Virus record (IMG/VR): IMGVR_UViG_3300034117_001582
Span: 227,868-291,867 of that record
Reading direction: 5' to 3' (one strand)
Length of the DNA: 64,000 nt
Shown: positions 8,237 through 16,845 of the stretch, piece by piece
How positions within the stretch are numbered: position 1 is the first letter of the stretch
Layout of the letters: each line of letters begins with the position of its first letter
Made by a program: the position numbers and the translations under genes
Notes under the pieces: model-generated
What the model was told of the DNA's origin: nothing
Seen by the model: only the letters and a program-made list of their open reading frames with translations
Database searches by the model: none

Positions 8237-9358
8237 TTATGCGTAGTTAACGTCTCTTGTTGTATCTATTTTTGCAAACTCCTGAGAGTAATCGTATATC
8301 TTATTTAAATCCACCTCTATATATGAATCATACTCATCTTTTACTGTTTTTGTTGCGGTATTAAAAAGTGTTTTAACGTCATGTGCGTCAGTATCATTAA
8401 TAAACAATTTAAAATTTAATAACGTAATATCTTCTGTACTTTTGAATGGTATCTTCATTAAATTATTCTCGTAAACCACATTAAAAACATTATCACCACT
8501 TTTAATCTTAACATTATCTTTTATTAATTTAATAAAATTATCTAATGTTCCAAAATCATCTACCCCTAAAAGTCTTTTTAAATTTTGAACTCTTGATGAA
8601 TTTTCAGTAGCAGAGTTACCGTAATCGGTATTAGTATTAACGGAAATTTGGGGGCCTTTAGCGTCTTCTGGTAAATAATCCACACCCTTACTGATAAAAT
8701 ACCCGCTAAGGCAGTGATTAAACTCGTGTACTAAAATTAACATAATAGAGTTTTTATTAACGTCACTTGGAAATACATTTTTAACACAAAAATTCAACTT
8801 AGAATATTCACCTTTAATAACAAACCCACCTGTAGAATCGTCACATGTCAAACTAAAAACTAAATTTACACTATTTAAAAAGTTTTTTAATTCATTTTTT
8901 TGTTTGTTATCCCATGCCGTTATCACGCCTTTTAATTTTACCTCCTCTTCTTTTACCATATCATTAAAAAACTCAAGGGTTTCTTTTGCTCTTTGTAATT
9001 CAGAAATATTGGCATTTTTTAACCCATTAACTTTGTTTTGCCAATTAATTACTTGTTTTTTATATTTTTCTAAATCTTCTGTATTGTATTTAGAACCTTT
9101 TCCTATTTTTTCTTGAACTTTTTTATTGAACCACTCGCTATCTATGTATTTTAACATGTAAGTTTTTGCTTCTGTAAAAAATGGTTTAACAAAATTTTCA
9201 ACCTCTGTTATTTTTTCTTGTTCGGTTTTGGCTTTGTCTTCCCAATAGGCTCGAAGGGTATTTAAATTAATGTTTTTTAATTTACAAGCATCATCCACTT
9301 CCTCTTTAATTACACCCATTATTGATTGTATTCTTCTTATGTTTTCGTGTAAATTCAT
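8237..9358 (-). CDS. Leader-B protein, putative zincin metalloprotease (HEFNH), paralog of 11853..12920
   Basis: MNLHENIRRIQSIMGVIKEE; ILVHEFNHC plus downstream E; TATTTAT 9363-9369. Confidence 0.85.
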   Translation of the reverse strand: MNLHENIRRIQSIMGVIKEEVDDACKLKNINLNTLRAYWEDKAKTEQEKITEVENFVKPFFTEAKTYMLKYIDSEWFNKKVQEKIGKGSKYNTEDLEKYKKQVINWQNKVNGLKNANISELQRAKETLEFFNDMVKEEEVKLKGVITAWDNKQKNELKNFLNSVNLVFSLTCDDSTGGFVIKGEYSKLNFCVKNVFPSDVNKNSIMLILVHEFNHCLSGYFISKGVDYLPEDAKGPQISVNTNTDYGNSATENSSRVQNLKRLLGVDDFGTLDNFIKLIKDNVKIKSGDNVFNVVYENNLMKIPFKSTEDITLLNFKLFINDTDAHDVKTLFNTATKTVKDEYDSYIEVDLNKIYDYSQEFAKIDTTRDVNYA

Positions 9359-9375
9359 ATTAATAAATATATCAT

Positions 9376-9412
9376 AAATAAAAATCCCCCCATCTTTACA
9401 AGTGGAGGATTA
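9376..9412 (-). terminator. Intrinsic terminator
   Basis: aatcc..ggatt imperfect hairpin + T-tract; related sequence at 14705-14730. Confidence 0.6.
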
Positions 9413-9418
9413 GTCATT

Positions 9419-10120
9419 TTATGGTACTTGTTGTAACCCTAACTCAAAGTAGTCATACTCGTTGTTGTAAAATCTTGGATTGTTTACAAATATATTATAC
9501 ATTGGAAGTAAAATGTTATGTAACTCTTCTTTCCATTCGTCGTAGTCAGTTTCTGTCATATCACTTATAAAATATTTAGGTTTTACTTTTTCTAATGTTC
9601 GTTCTAAATTGTCTTGAAGATTAGTTTTTCTTAGGTTTGTTATATTTCCATAAACATATACTTCTACTTCAGGGTCATTTGTTGTGACATGCGTGGTTTC
9701 ATAATCAAAGTCAAACTCATAACGATAAAACACCCCCGAAAAATCAATATGTTTAATTTGTTTTCCACTAACATTAAGATGTGTTCTATCTTCTTTTGAT
9801 ACATAACAATTGTTTCTGATATTTTTCATCCATGAAGCAAAATGCTTATATTTGTTAAAATCAGTGTTTGTCATATCACAAAATGATTTAAACTCATCAT
9901 GTAAAACTTGAGTTAGTATTGTTTTTGAATATGAATAATCATTTGGGTTTTTAACTTTCCATTTTATTTGTAACCCTGTCCATTTTGGAACTAAAAAAAG
10001 TCCTTCGAATTCTATTGGGTTTTCATTTAAATAATTATAATAGTAATACTTTACAGGATTTTCTTTAGGGTTGGTTCTTTCTTCCCTTAATACTCTTCTT
10101 ATGTTCTCTTGTAGGTTCAT
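9419..10120 (-). CDS. Leader-B protein (MNLQENIRRVLREE), unknown cargo
   Basis: Start reassigned to 10120 (4-nt overlap with upstream stop). Confidence 0.85.
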   Translation of the reverse strand: MNLQENIRRVLREERTNPKENPVKYYYYNYLNENPIEFEGLFLVPKWTGLQIKWKVKNPNDYSYSKTILTQVLHDEFKSFCDMTNTDFNKYKHFASWMKNIRNNCYVSKEDRTHLNVSGKQIKHIDFSGVFYRYEFDFDYETTHVTTNDPEVEVYVYGNITNLRKTNLQDNLERTLEKVKPKYFISDMTETDYDEWKEELHNILLPMYNIFVNNPRFYNNEYDYFELGLQQVP

Positions 10121-10848
10121 TCTGATAAATCTATAAACCAAGCAGATATTGGCACGTTTAGTTGGTTGGCGATGGTTGATCGTTTGTGTCCACCAATTAA
10201 TGTATATTCATTTCCTTCTCTTCCGCCTGTTGGTAATTTCATTACAAATGGTGCTGGAAGTTCTCTATGTTTTTCATTTCTTATTTTTTCTATATTATCA
10301 ACATAACCTTTGTGACGTTGTTTAACTTCTCCATCATCGCCTGTCATTTGTTTAATTAAACCTGATGATGTGGTATCTTTAAACATTCCTGGAAACTCTT
10401 TTGAGAATCTACCCATATAAAATGTGTTATTTATCATATCATTATCCCATTCTTCCATTCTTCCTTTATTAAACAAATTAAACCCTTCCATTTGTGATTG
10501 TCCATCTTTTAATAAAACTTGTCTAAAATCCTCCCAATCATCCATTAAATCAGATATTTCTTTATCTAATAGAATGTCTTTAATTTCTTGTTCATCATCC
10601 ACTTCACTTCCTTTTGAATGTTCGGCAATCATTTTGAATGTATGAGGAAATATGGAATACATTAAATCATAATTTTGTGGGTGAAAGAATTCATCTTTAC
10701 TGAACCTCATATTATTTCCCAATAGTTCATCTAACTCTTGGTTAAAGTATTCTACTGTTGGTTCTAACCAAGTGATAGAATATGGATTTGATATCTCATT
10801 TAACCCCATCATTGATTTAATTCTTTGTATGTTTTCTTGTAGGTTCAT
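10117..10848 (-). CDS. Leader-B protein with C-terminal ParB/Sulfiredoxin-like domain
   Basis: PAPFVM...YTLIGGHKRSTIANQLNVPI resembles ParBc P.V...Y.IIDGHHR..A...LG. Confidence 0.7.
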   Translation of the reverse strand: MNLQENIQRIKSMMGLNEISNPYSITWLEPTVEYFNQELDELLGNNMRFSKDEFFHPQNYDLMYSIFPHTFKMIAEHSKGSEVDDEQEIKDILLDKEISDLMDDWEDFRQVLLKDGQSQMEGFNLFNKGRMEEWDNDMINNTFYMGRFSKEFPGMFKDTTSSGLIKQMTGDDGEVKQRHKGYVDNIEKIRNEKHRELPAPFVMKLPTGGREGNEYTLIGGHKRSTIANQLNVPISAWFIDLSE

Positions 10849-10861
10849 ATTAATGAATATA

Positions 10862-11071
10862 TTATTTTTTGATAATTCTTATTCTTTTTTTTTCAATCCA
10901 ATTTTTTAATTCTTGAGTTTCTGGTACTTCAGTTAAAACAAACTCCCTAATATAATCATCGGCTAAAAAATTTGGTAAATTAACGGGTTGAAATCCCATT
11001 TCGTTTTTTGTGATTAAGACCAAATGATTTTTTTTTCTTTTGTGTCTTTTGGTGGGTATTAGTTTTTTCAT
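10862..11071 (-). CDS. Small basic hypothetical protein
   Basis: 69-aa ORF in operon order. Confidence 0.6.
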   Translation of the reverse strand: MKKLIPTKRHKRKKNHLVLITKNEMGFQPVNLPNFLADDYIREFVLTEVPETQELKNWIEKKRIRIIKK

Positions 11072-11111
11072 TTATGTTTTATTATTCTTTTTATATAACC
11101 TTGTAGGTTCA

Positions 11112-11429
11112 TTACTTTGTCTTCTTAACACAATTAGGATATCGTTTACCAAACATTGTCTTCATACCTTTTTGAGTATATCCTGCCCAACATCTCTCTG
11201 TAAGTTCACCTTCTTTCATCTCACTTTGTTTACGTTTACCTTGACAGTGAGCTCTTTGACTAAATCCTTTTGGGTTATTGCAGTCGATTGATTTTTTATA
11301 CTTTTCTGACCACTTTTCTGTAACATCCCCTTCTCCCATCTCTTCGTCATTTTTTATTGTATTTTCATTGATTACTCTTTTAACTAACAAAATAAGGTCT
11401 GATTCCGTTAACCGTATTACTTTTTTCAT
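11112..11429 (-). CDS. Leader-A protein carrying two short basic Cys-pair modules
   Basis: VTE|KWSEKYKKSIDCNNPKGFSQRAHC and LTE|RCWAGYTQKGMKTMFGKRYPNCVKK, modules I recall from large T4-like phage proteins. Confidence 0.85.
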   Translation of the reverse strand: MKKVIRLTESDLILLVKRVINENTIKNDEEMGEGDVTEKWSEKYKKSIDCNNPKGFSQRAHCQGKRKQSEMKEGELTERCWAGYTQKGMKTMFGKRYPNCVKKTK

Positions 11430-11430
11430 A

Positions 11431-11838
11431 TTATCTATTGTATGGCCTAAACCTTGATGGGTTTGATTTTATTGCTGACTTTGGGAATTTTAATCCAACA
11501 CCCTGTTGTCTTGCGTTCTTTAATGTTCTTGCGTATTCGGTTAGTTCTTCATTTCCCATATCATCAATAGCCTTTACTAATTTATGGCATTTCTCTGATA
11601 CCTCACCCTTTTCGTGATCAGTTATTGATAATTTTACTTTGTTGTAATTTATTTTAATATCAGGATGATGATTTTGTGATTCGGCAATCTTCGCAACTTT
11701 ATTAACAAATTCCATTGATTCATTAAAATCTTTGAATTTAAAAGTTCTTTCTAATTTTTGCTCTGAATCACTCCAACCTTTGGATTCATTCATATTTATC
11801 ATTTCCTGTATTCTTCTTATGTTCTCTTGTAGGTTCAT
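11431..11838 (-). CDS. phhB: Leader-B + pterin-4-alpha-carbinolamine dehydratase (PCD/DCoH) + basic C-terminal peptide
   Basis: LERTFKFKDF..SMEFVNKVAKIAESQNHHPDIKINYNKVKLSITDH is the Pterin_4a signature. Confidence 0.85.
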   Translation of the reverse strand: MNLQENIRRIQEMINMNESKGWSDSEQKLERTFKFKDFNESMEFVNKVAKIAESQNHHPDIKINYNKVKLSITDHEKGEVSEKCHKLVKAIDDMGNEELTEYARTLKNARQQGVGLKFPKSAIKSNPSRFRPYNR

Positions 11839-11852
11839 ATTATATGAATATA

Positions 11853-12920
11853 TTATGCGTAGTTAACATCATTATTTGTATTTATTTTTGCAAATTGTAT
11901 TGAGTAGTCATATATTTCTTTTAAATTGATTTTTAGTAAAGAAAGATTTAAATCTATCATATAATCTCCTACTGATATGGCATCTGATGCCGTCATTTCA
12001 TATTTTTTTCTATAAAAATCATATTTGTTTACCATTTCAGGATCTTCAGTGTATTCATTAAATAACCACCAAACGTCAATAGCGTCTACATTGTTAATAT
12101 TAATCCTAACGTCTATCCATTTCAATCGTTTATCGGATTTTTTATTGTTTTTACCATATATTTTTATTAAATTACCATCATATTCCACTTTATCAATAAC
12201 TACCTTATCGTCTTGCCCTGAAAACTTAACGTTATCTTTTATTAATTTAATAAAATTATCTAATGTTCCAAAATCGGTTACATTTAAAAGTCTTTTAAGT
12301 GTTTTAATACGAGCCGAATGTTCGTTATTTGATTTACCATAATCCTTATCCCATTCTTTAGGATAACGTTCCCCATACCATTTTGAATCAATATTGGATG
12401 GTAAATAGTTAGATACACCAATATTTTTAAAATAAAAAGAAATACAATGGTCAAATTCATGGACTAAAATTAATATACCCTCATTTTTATTAACACCATT
12501 AGGAAATATATTTTTAGTACAAAAATTAAGATTAGAATATTTGTCTTCATTAACAAACCCACCTACTTTGGGTTGACAGATTGGATCATCCGAATTAAAA
12601 ACTAAATTTACATTATTTATAAAGTCTTTTAATTCTTTTTTTTGTTTATCACCCCAATCTCCATTTGTGAACTCAATAAGTTTTTTATTGAACCATTCAC
12701 TGTCTACGTATTTTAACATGTAAGTTCTTGCTTGAGTAAAAAATGGTTTAACAAAATTTTCAACCTCTGTTATTTTTTCTTGTTCGGTTTTAGATTTGTC
12801 TTCCCAATATTTTTTTAAAGTAATAGGGTCAACATGTTTTAATTTACAAGCATCATCCACTTCCTCTTTAATTACCCCCATCATTTCCTGTATTCTTCTT
12901 ATGTTCTCTTGTAGGTTCAT
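11853..12920 (-). CDS. Leader-B protein, putative zincin metalloprotease (HEFDH)
   Basis: Paralog of 8237..9358; both end AKI.T..DVNYA; TATTTAT 12925-12931. Confidence 0.85.
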   Translation of the reverse strand: MNLQENIRRIQEMMGVIKEEVDDACKLKHVDPITLKKYWEDKSKTEQEKITEVENFVKPFFTQARTYMLKYVDSEWFNKKLIEFTNGDWGDKQKKELKDFINNVNLVFNSDDPICQPKVGGFVNEDKYSNLNFCTKNIFPNGVNKNEGILILVHEFDHCISFYFKNIGVSNYLPSNIDSKWYGERYPKEWDKDYGKSNNEHSARIKTLKRLLNVTDFGTLDNFIKLIKDNVKFSGQDDKVVIDKVEYDGNLIKIYGKNNKKSDKRLKWIDVRININNVDAIDVWWLFNEYTEDPEMVNKYDFYRKKYEMTASDAISVGDYMIDLNLSLLKINLKEIYDYSIQFAKINTNNDVNYA

Positions 12921-12935
12921 AATGATAAATACTTT

Positions 12936-13649
12936 TTACATATGAATTATTTTCCACTTACCTTTAAAATCCTCCACAAGACATGTGGAGTTCTCACAGA
13001 AGTCCCCACTGTTCATATAGTCCACATCTAACTTAGGTTGATGGATGTGTCCACATACCGCGACATCACATCCTTTTTGTTTTGATAATCCTTTTGCGTT
13101 CTCCTCAAAATCAGATACAAAGTTGATTGCTCCCTTTACAGATTGTTTAATATCATTTGCCAAGGAATGGTATGGTAAGTTAAACTTTCTTCTAATATAG
13201 TTGTATATCGTATTTAATCTAATAACTAAATCGTATGACCATCCACCAAGAACTGCCAACCATCTTACTTTCATAATCACAAAGTCTAATACATCCCCAT
13301 GAAAACAATAATAACTTCTTCCGTCCGCTCCAATGTGTGTGTATTTTCTAACAATCTCTATGTTGTTTAATAAGAACGGAACAAATGGTTTTAAAAAGTC
13401 ATCGTGGTTTCCCCTGATATACACTACCTTTGTTCCATCTTCTGATCGTTTCATAAAACGTCTGAATATCTTTGAGCAATCTTTTTTCCATTTACCTCCA
13501 CCCTTTAATGCCCATCCATCAATAATATCACCATTTAATATTAGTGTTTCAGATTCATTCTCTTCCAAGAACTTAATTATCTTGTCTGTTTGTGATTGTC
13601 TGGCACCTAAGTGTAAATCACTCATTATAATTGTTCTCCACTTTTTCAT
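12936..13649 (-). CDS. LpxH/PlcP-like metallophosphoesterase (UDP-2,3-diacylglucosamine hydrolase family)
   Basis: SDLHLG, LNGDIIDGW, GNHD, HGD, RWLAVLG..SY, CGHIH, YMNSGDFCENSTCLVE. Confidence 0.88.
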   Translation of the reverse strand: MKKWRTIIMSDLHLGARQSQTDKIIKFLEENESETLILNGDIIDGWALKGGGKWKKDCSKIFRRFMKRSEDGTKVVYIRGNHDDFLKPFVPFLLNNIEIVRKYTHIGADGRSYYCFHGDVLDFVIMKVRWLAVLGGWSYDLVIRLNTIYNYIRRKFNLPYHSLANDIKQSVKGAINFVSDFEENAKGLSKQKGCDVAVCGHIHQPKLDVDYMNSGDFCENSTCLVEDFKGKWKIIHM

Positions 13650-13972
13650 ATAAATAAAGATATGTATTGTGCTAATTTATAACCTGTAAATGCCCCAATG
13701 GCGGCAGATCCAGGAAGAATAATAAATTTACCCAATTTTGTTTTATACTTTTCACGATTTACAATGTATGAGATTAATAAATAATATAATATAAAATTTA
13801 TAAATACCATAAAATCAAGCTCCTTTGACATAAAAACAACAATTGAGTTACCAATAAGTCCCCACATAAAATTTATAATGGTTTCTCTTATTAACTCAAA
13901 TGGTGTTGTAATGGCCCCAAATATATTAATTTGTTTGCTCATGGGATTTTGTTTATTTTTTTTCATTTCCAA
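13646..13972 (-). CDS. Small multi-pass membrane protein
   Basis: Three hydrophobic segments; overlaps both neighbours. Confidence 0.7.
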   Translation of the reverse strand: MEMKKNKQNPMSKQINIFGAITTPFELIRETIINFMWGLIGNSIVVFMSKELDFMVFINFILYYLLISYIVNREKYKTKLGKFIILPGSAAIGAFTGYKLAQYISLFI

Positions 13973-14685
13973 TAGTCTTTGTCGTTTGTAAAATATTCTT
14001 TATTTTTATTATTGAAGAATGATGACAACATTAGTCTTAACATATACATCACACCTTTGTTTTCAAATCTTCTTGGTGGTGTATATACAATATTGTTTAT
14101 TCTTCCGAATTTCTTTGGTTTAATTTGTTTTGAGAACATATAATCTTCTGCGACTTTAATCTCTTCATCAAAACCTCCAATTGATTTAAACGTCTCTGAA
14201 CGAACTAACATGTATCCACCTAAACAGAATGGTGTTGACCACTTGGAAAGTGCTTGTATTAAGTCAAACACCTTATATACGTAGTTATATCTTCCATTGT
14301 CTGAACGGAACTTTGTTGTTACTAAATCTAAATGGTATCTATGTATTCTTACTACCGATCGTTTTAGTACCTTTGGATCTAATAGGAACACATCAGCATC
14401 CATAAACAACACATATGGTGTTGTAACAAGTTTGAATCCGTTGTTTCTTGCTATTGCTGGAAGTCCACCATCCATTAAATGTAAATCAAACATATCTGAA
14501 TTATGTTCATATTCTATTCTACCCAACAGGGCAAATTTTGTTACACCATCGTTTGATGCGTCACATACAACAACTTTTACGTTATGTATATCAACCTGAT
14601 AGTTTAACAGGTCCAACGTTTTTAATATAATATCCTTCTCGTTCTTACAAGGTATTACGATCGTTACTAATTTACTTAAATCCAT
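13963..14685 (-). CDS. Glycosyltransferase family 2
   Basis: TIVIPCKNE, VVVCDAS.DG, ARNNG, VLFMDAD (DxD), GGFDEEIKVAED. Confidence 0.92.
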   Translation of the reverse strand: MDLSKLVTIVIPCKNEKDIILKTLDLLNYQVDIHNVKVVVCDASNDGVTKFALLGRIEYEHNSDMFDLHLMDGGLPAIARNNGFKLVTTPYVLFMDADVFLLDPKVLKRSVVRIHRYHLDLVTTKFRSDNGRYNYVYKVFDLIQALSKWSTPFCLGGYMLVRSETFKSIGGFDEEIKVAEDYMFSKQIKPKKFGRINNIVYTPPRRFENKGVMYMLRLMLSSFFNNKNKEYFTNDKDYWK

Positions 14686-14763
14686 ATTCGTTTAATATAA
14701 TAATAATCCACCATATTTACAAGTGGAGAATAAAATTTATATTCAGCAATATCCAAATTTAAT

Positions 14764-15273
14764 TTATTTTTGACACCCAGGACTTTTGGGGTTCATTTTT
14801 TTACAATGGGTTCCTGTATAATAATCCCAACCTTTTTCAGAGTGACCAATTGATGTTTTTTCAAAAATATTTGGTTCAAAAAAAGTATTTAATTTATTAA
14901 TAATTTCATTATATACTTTTATAACTTCGCCATCCCATTTTTTATTTTTTTCAGCATCAAATTTTACACTTTCCATACTTGATTTAAAATAACCAACTAA
15001 ACCAACTAATTTAGGAACGTCATCAATAGTTTCACCTTCTTTTAAATTTTCATATTTTTCTTTATCGTAGTATTTACCATCAACTTTAACATAAAAATTT
15101 AACATACGTTCCACATTGTCTTTTAACTCTAAAATTGCGCTTATATGTGTTTTTTCATTATTATCACTTTTTAAGTTTAATTTATTTTTTATATATTCTA
15201 AACTGTTAGTGTTTTCCTCAGATAAGGTTATCATCATTGATTTAATCCTTTGTATGTTTTCTTGTAGGTTCAT
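14764..15273 (-). CDS. Leader-B protein, unknown cargo
   Basis: MNLQENIQRIKSMMITLSEE; first 45 nt incl. flank near-identical to gene 10117..10848. Confidence 0.85.
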   Translation of the reverse strand: MNLQENIQRIKSMMITLSEENTNSLEYIKNKLNLKSDNNEKTHISAILELKDNVERMLNFYVKVDGKYYDKEKYENLKEGETIDDVPKLVGLVGYFKSSMESVKFDAEKNKKWDGEVIKVYNEIINKLNTFFEPNIFEKTSIGHSEKGWDYYTGTHCKKMNPKSPGCQK

Positions 15274-15322
15274 ATTATATAATTATCTTTGTGTTCATTA
15301 ATGTTATATTTCATATCACTTA

Positions 15323-16393
15323 TTAATCCCAATCACCATTTTTTATTGTTTCCATCATCCAAGAAATGATTGATAATAACTCTTCATTAGTTAGGTTGTT
15401 AATAGTTGTTATGTATTGGTCGTTTTGTTCAGTATGTCCGTATTCATCAATATCAAATTCCATTATCTCAACAGCAATTTGGTCGCTGTCTTGAACCATT
15501 ATATCGTCAACATATTTGTTATTACTTAATTGTATTTCATATCCACTAAGTATTCCACTATTATCTCCCCATTTATTACCATTTATTAAAACAAAATCCC
15601 TAATATATTGTTTTAATACTTCTTTAGGGTTATTCATGTTTTTTAACGCCGAACTAATTTGACGAATGTCTAACCCTGACATGTTTATAAAATCATATAA
15701 ACCATACTCATCTATAAGTTCCGTTAAAGATTGTTTTTTATTTTCTGATTCATTCATGGGTTTCCATTTGCAATTTGGTTTTGATATGGATCCAACATAT
15801 AAATTATCTATTGGCAAATAACCTTTAATAGCGTTTTTAACATCATTTCTTAAATTTTCTCCATGTCGCGCTCTTCCAACAAAACTAAAAAATAAATCAT
15901 TTAGTTCTTCCGACCCAAACACCAAATAAATCACATACATATCGTCTTCGAATGTTACTCTAATATCGCAAACACAATCTTCTTTTTTGAATGGTTCTAT
16001 AAGTTCTTTAATTATGTTAAGATACTTTGGTTGTTTTTCTTCGGATTCATTTATAACGTTTCCTTCACTATCGTATTTTAGTTTAATGGCATCCAAACGA
16101 AAATCTGCACTGTTATCTTGGTCATTGTGCCAATATGGAATAAGTTTAATACCTGTATATTCATAGATTTTACGTTGTATTTGTTCTGCAAAATAAGTCT
16201 CTTCATTACCAGCATATTCATCGTTATCAAAATAAACTCTTATCATTGGTTTATTTTCATATTTTTTAATATCAATAAAACTAACCTCATCAAAAAACTC
16301 ATGAATCATTCTTGTCACCAACTTAAGTTTTTTCTCTTCAGATTTGTCAACTGATTCCCTTAATATTTTTTTTATGGATTCTTGTAGGGTCAT
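15323..16393 (-). CDS. Leader-B three-module polyprotein-like protein
   Basis: ILRE|S, VINE|S, PMNE|S partition three modules. Confidence 0.85.
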   Translation of the reverse strand: MTLQESIKKILRESVDKSEEKKLKLVTRMIHEFFDEVSFIDIKKYENKPMIRVYFDNDEYAGNEETYFAEQIQRKIYEYTGIKLIPYWHNDQDNSADFRLDAIKLKYDSEGNVINESEEKQPKYLNIIKELIEPFKKEDCVCDIRVTFEDDMYVIYLVFGSEELNDLFFSFVGRARHGENLRNDVKNAIKGYLPIDNLYVGSISKPNCKWKPMNESENKKQSLTELIDEYGLYDFINMSGLDIRQISSALKNMNNPKEVLKQYIRDFVLINGNKWGDNSGILSGYEIQLSNNKYVDDIMVQDSDQIAVEIMEFDIDEYGHTEQNDQYITTINNLTNEELLSIISWMMETIKNGDWD

Positions 16394-16845
16394 ATAAAAA
16401 TTATATTAGTGGCTTTACAACCAAACTTTTCATTTATTAACTCTAATAACTCAATTTTCCAATTACCTTTACGTCCCAAGTAGTTCTCAATTTCTTCAGC
16501 AAACTGTTCGTAAAATATTATAAAATTAAAATTTGGATTTTTAACATCAGGCATTTCATAACATACTTCAGGTAACTCACCCATTACTTCTTTAAAGTAT
16601 TTACCATTATCGTCATAGTTATTACCATCAACCAATTTGAATAAATAATCATCATAATTATTTTTTGGAAGAACAAACCCAACAGCATATGGGTCACAAC
16701 AAACACCCATTCCACAATTATATTGAGCCCAATCATAATAGATATCATCAAATCCATCAAACAACATATTAAGTAAATTGCTTAAAACGGGTTTAATATT
16801 GGTTTCTTCCCTTAATATTTTTCTTATGGATTCTTGTTGGTTCAT
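16390..16845 (-). CDS. Leader-B protein (MNQQESIRKILREE)
   Basis: ORF track; Cys-rich cargo. Confidence 0.85.
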   Translation of the reverse strand: MNQQESIRKILREETNIKPVLSNLLNMLFDGFDDIYYDWAQYNCGMGVCCDPYAVGFVLPKNNYDDYLFKLVDGNNYDDNGKYFKEVMGELPEVCYEMPDVKNPNFNFIIFYEQFAEEIENYLGRKGNWKIELLELINEKFGCKATNIIFI

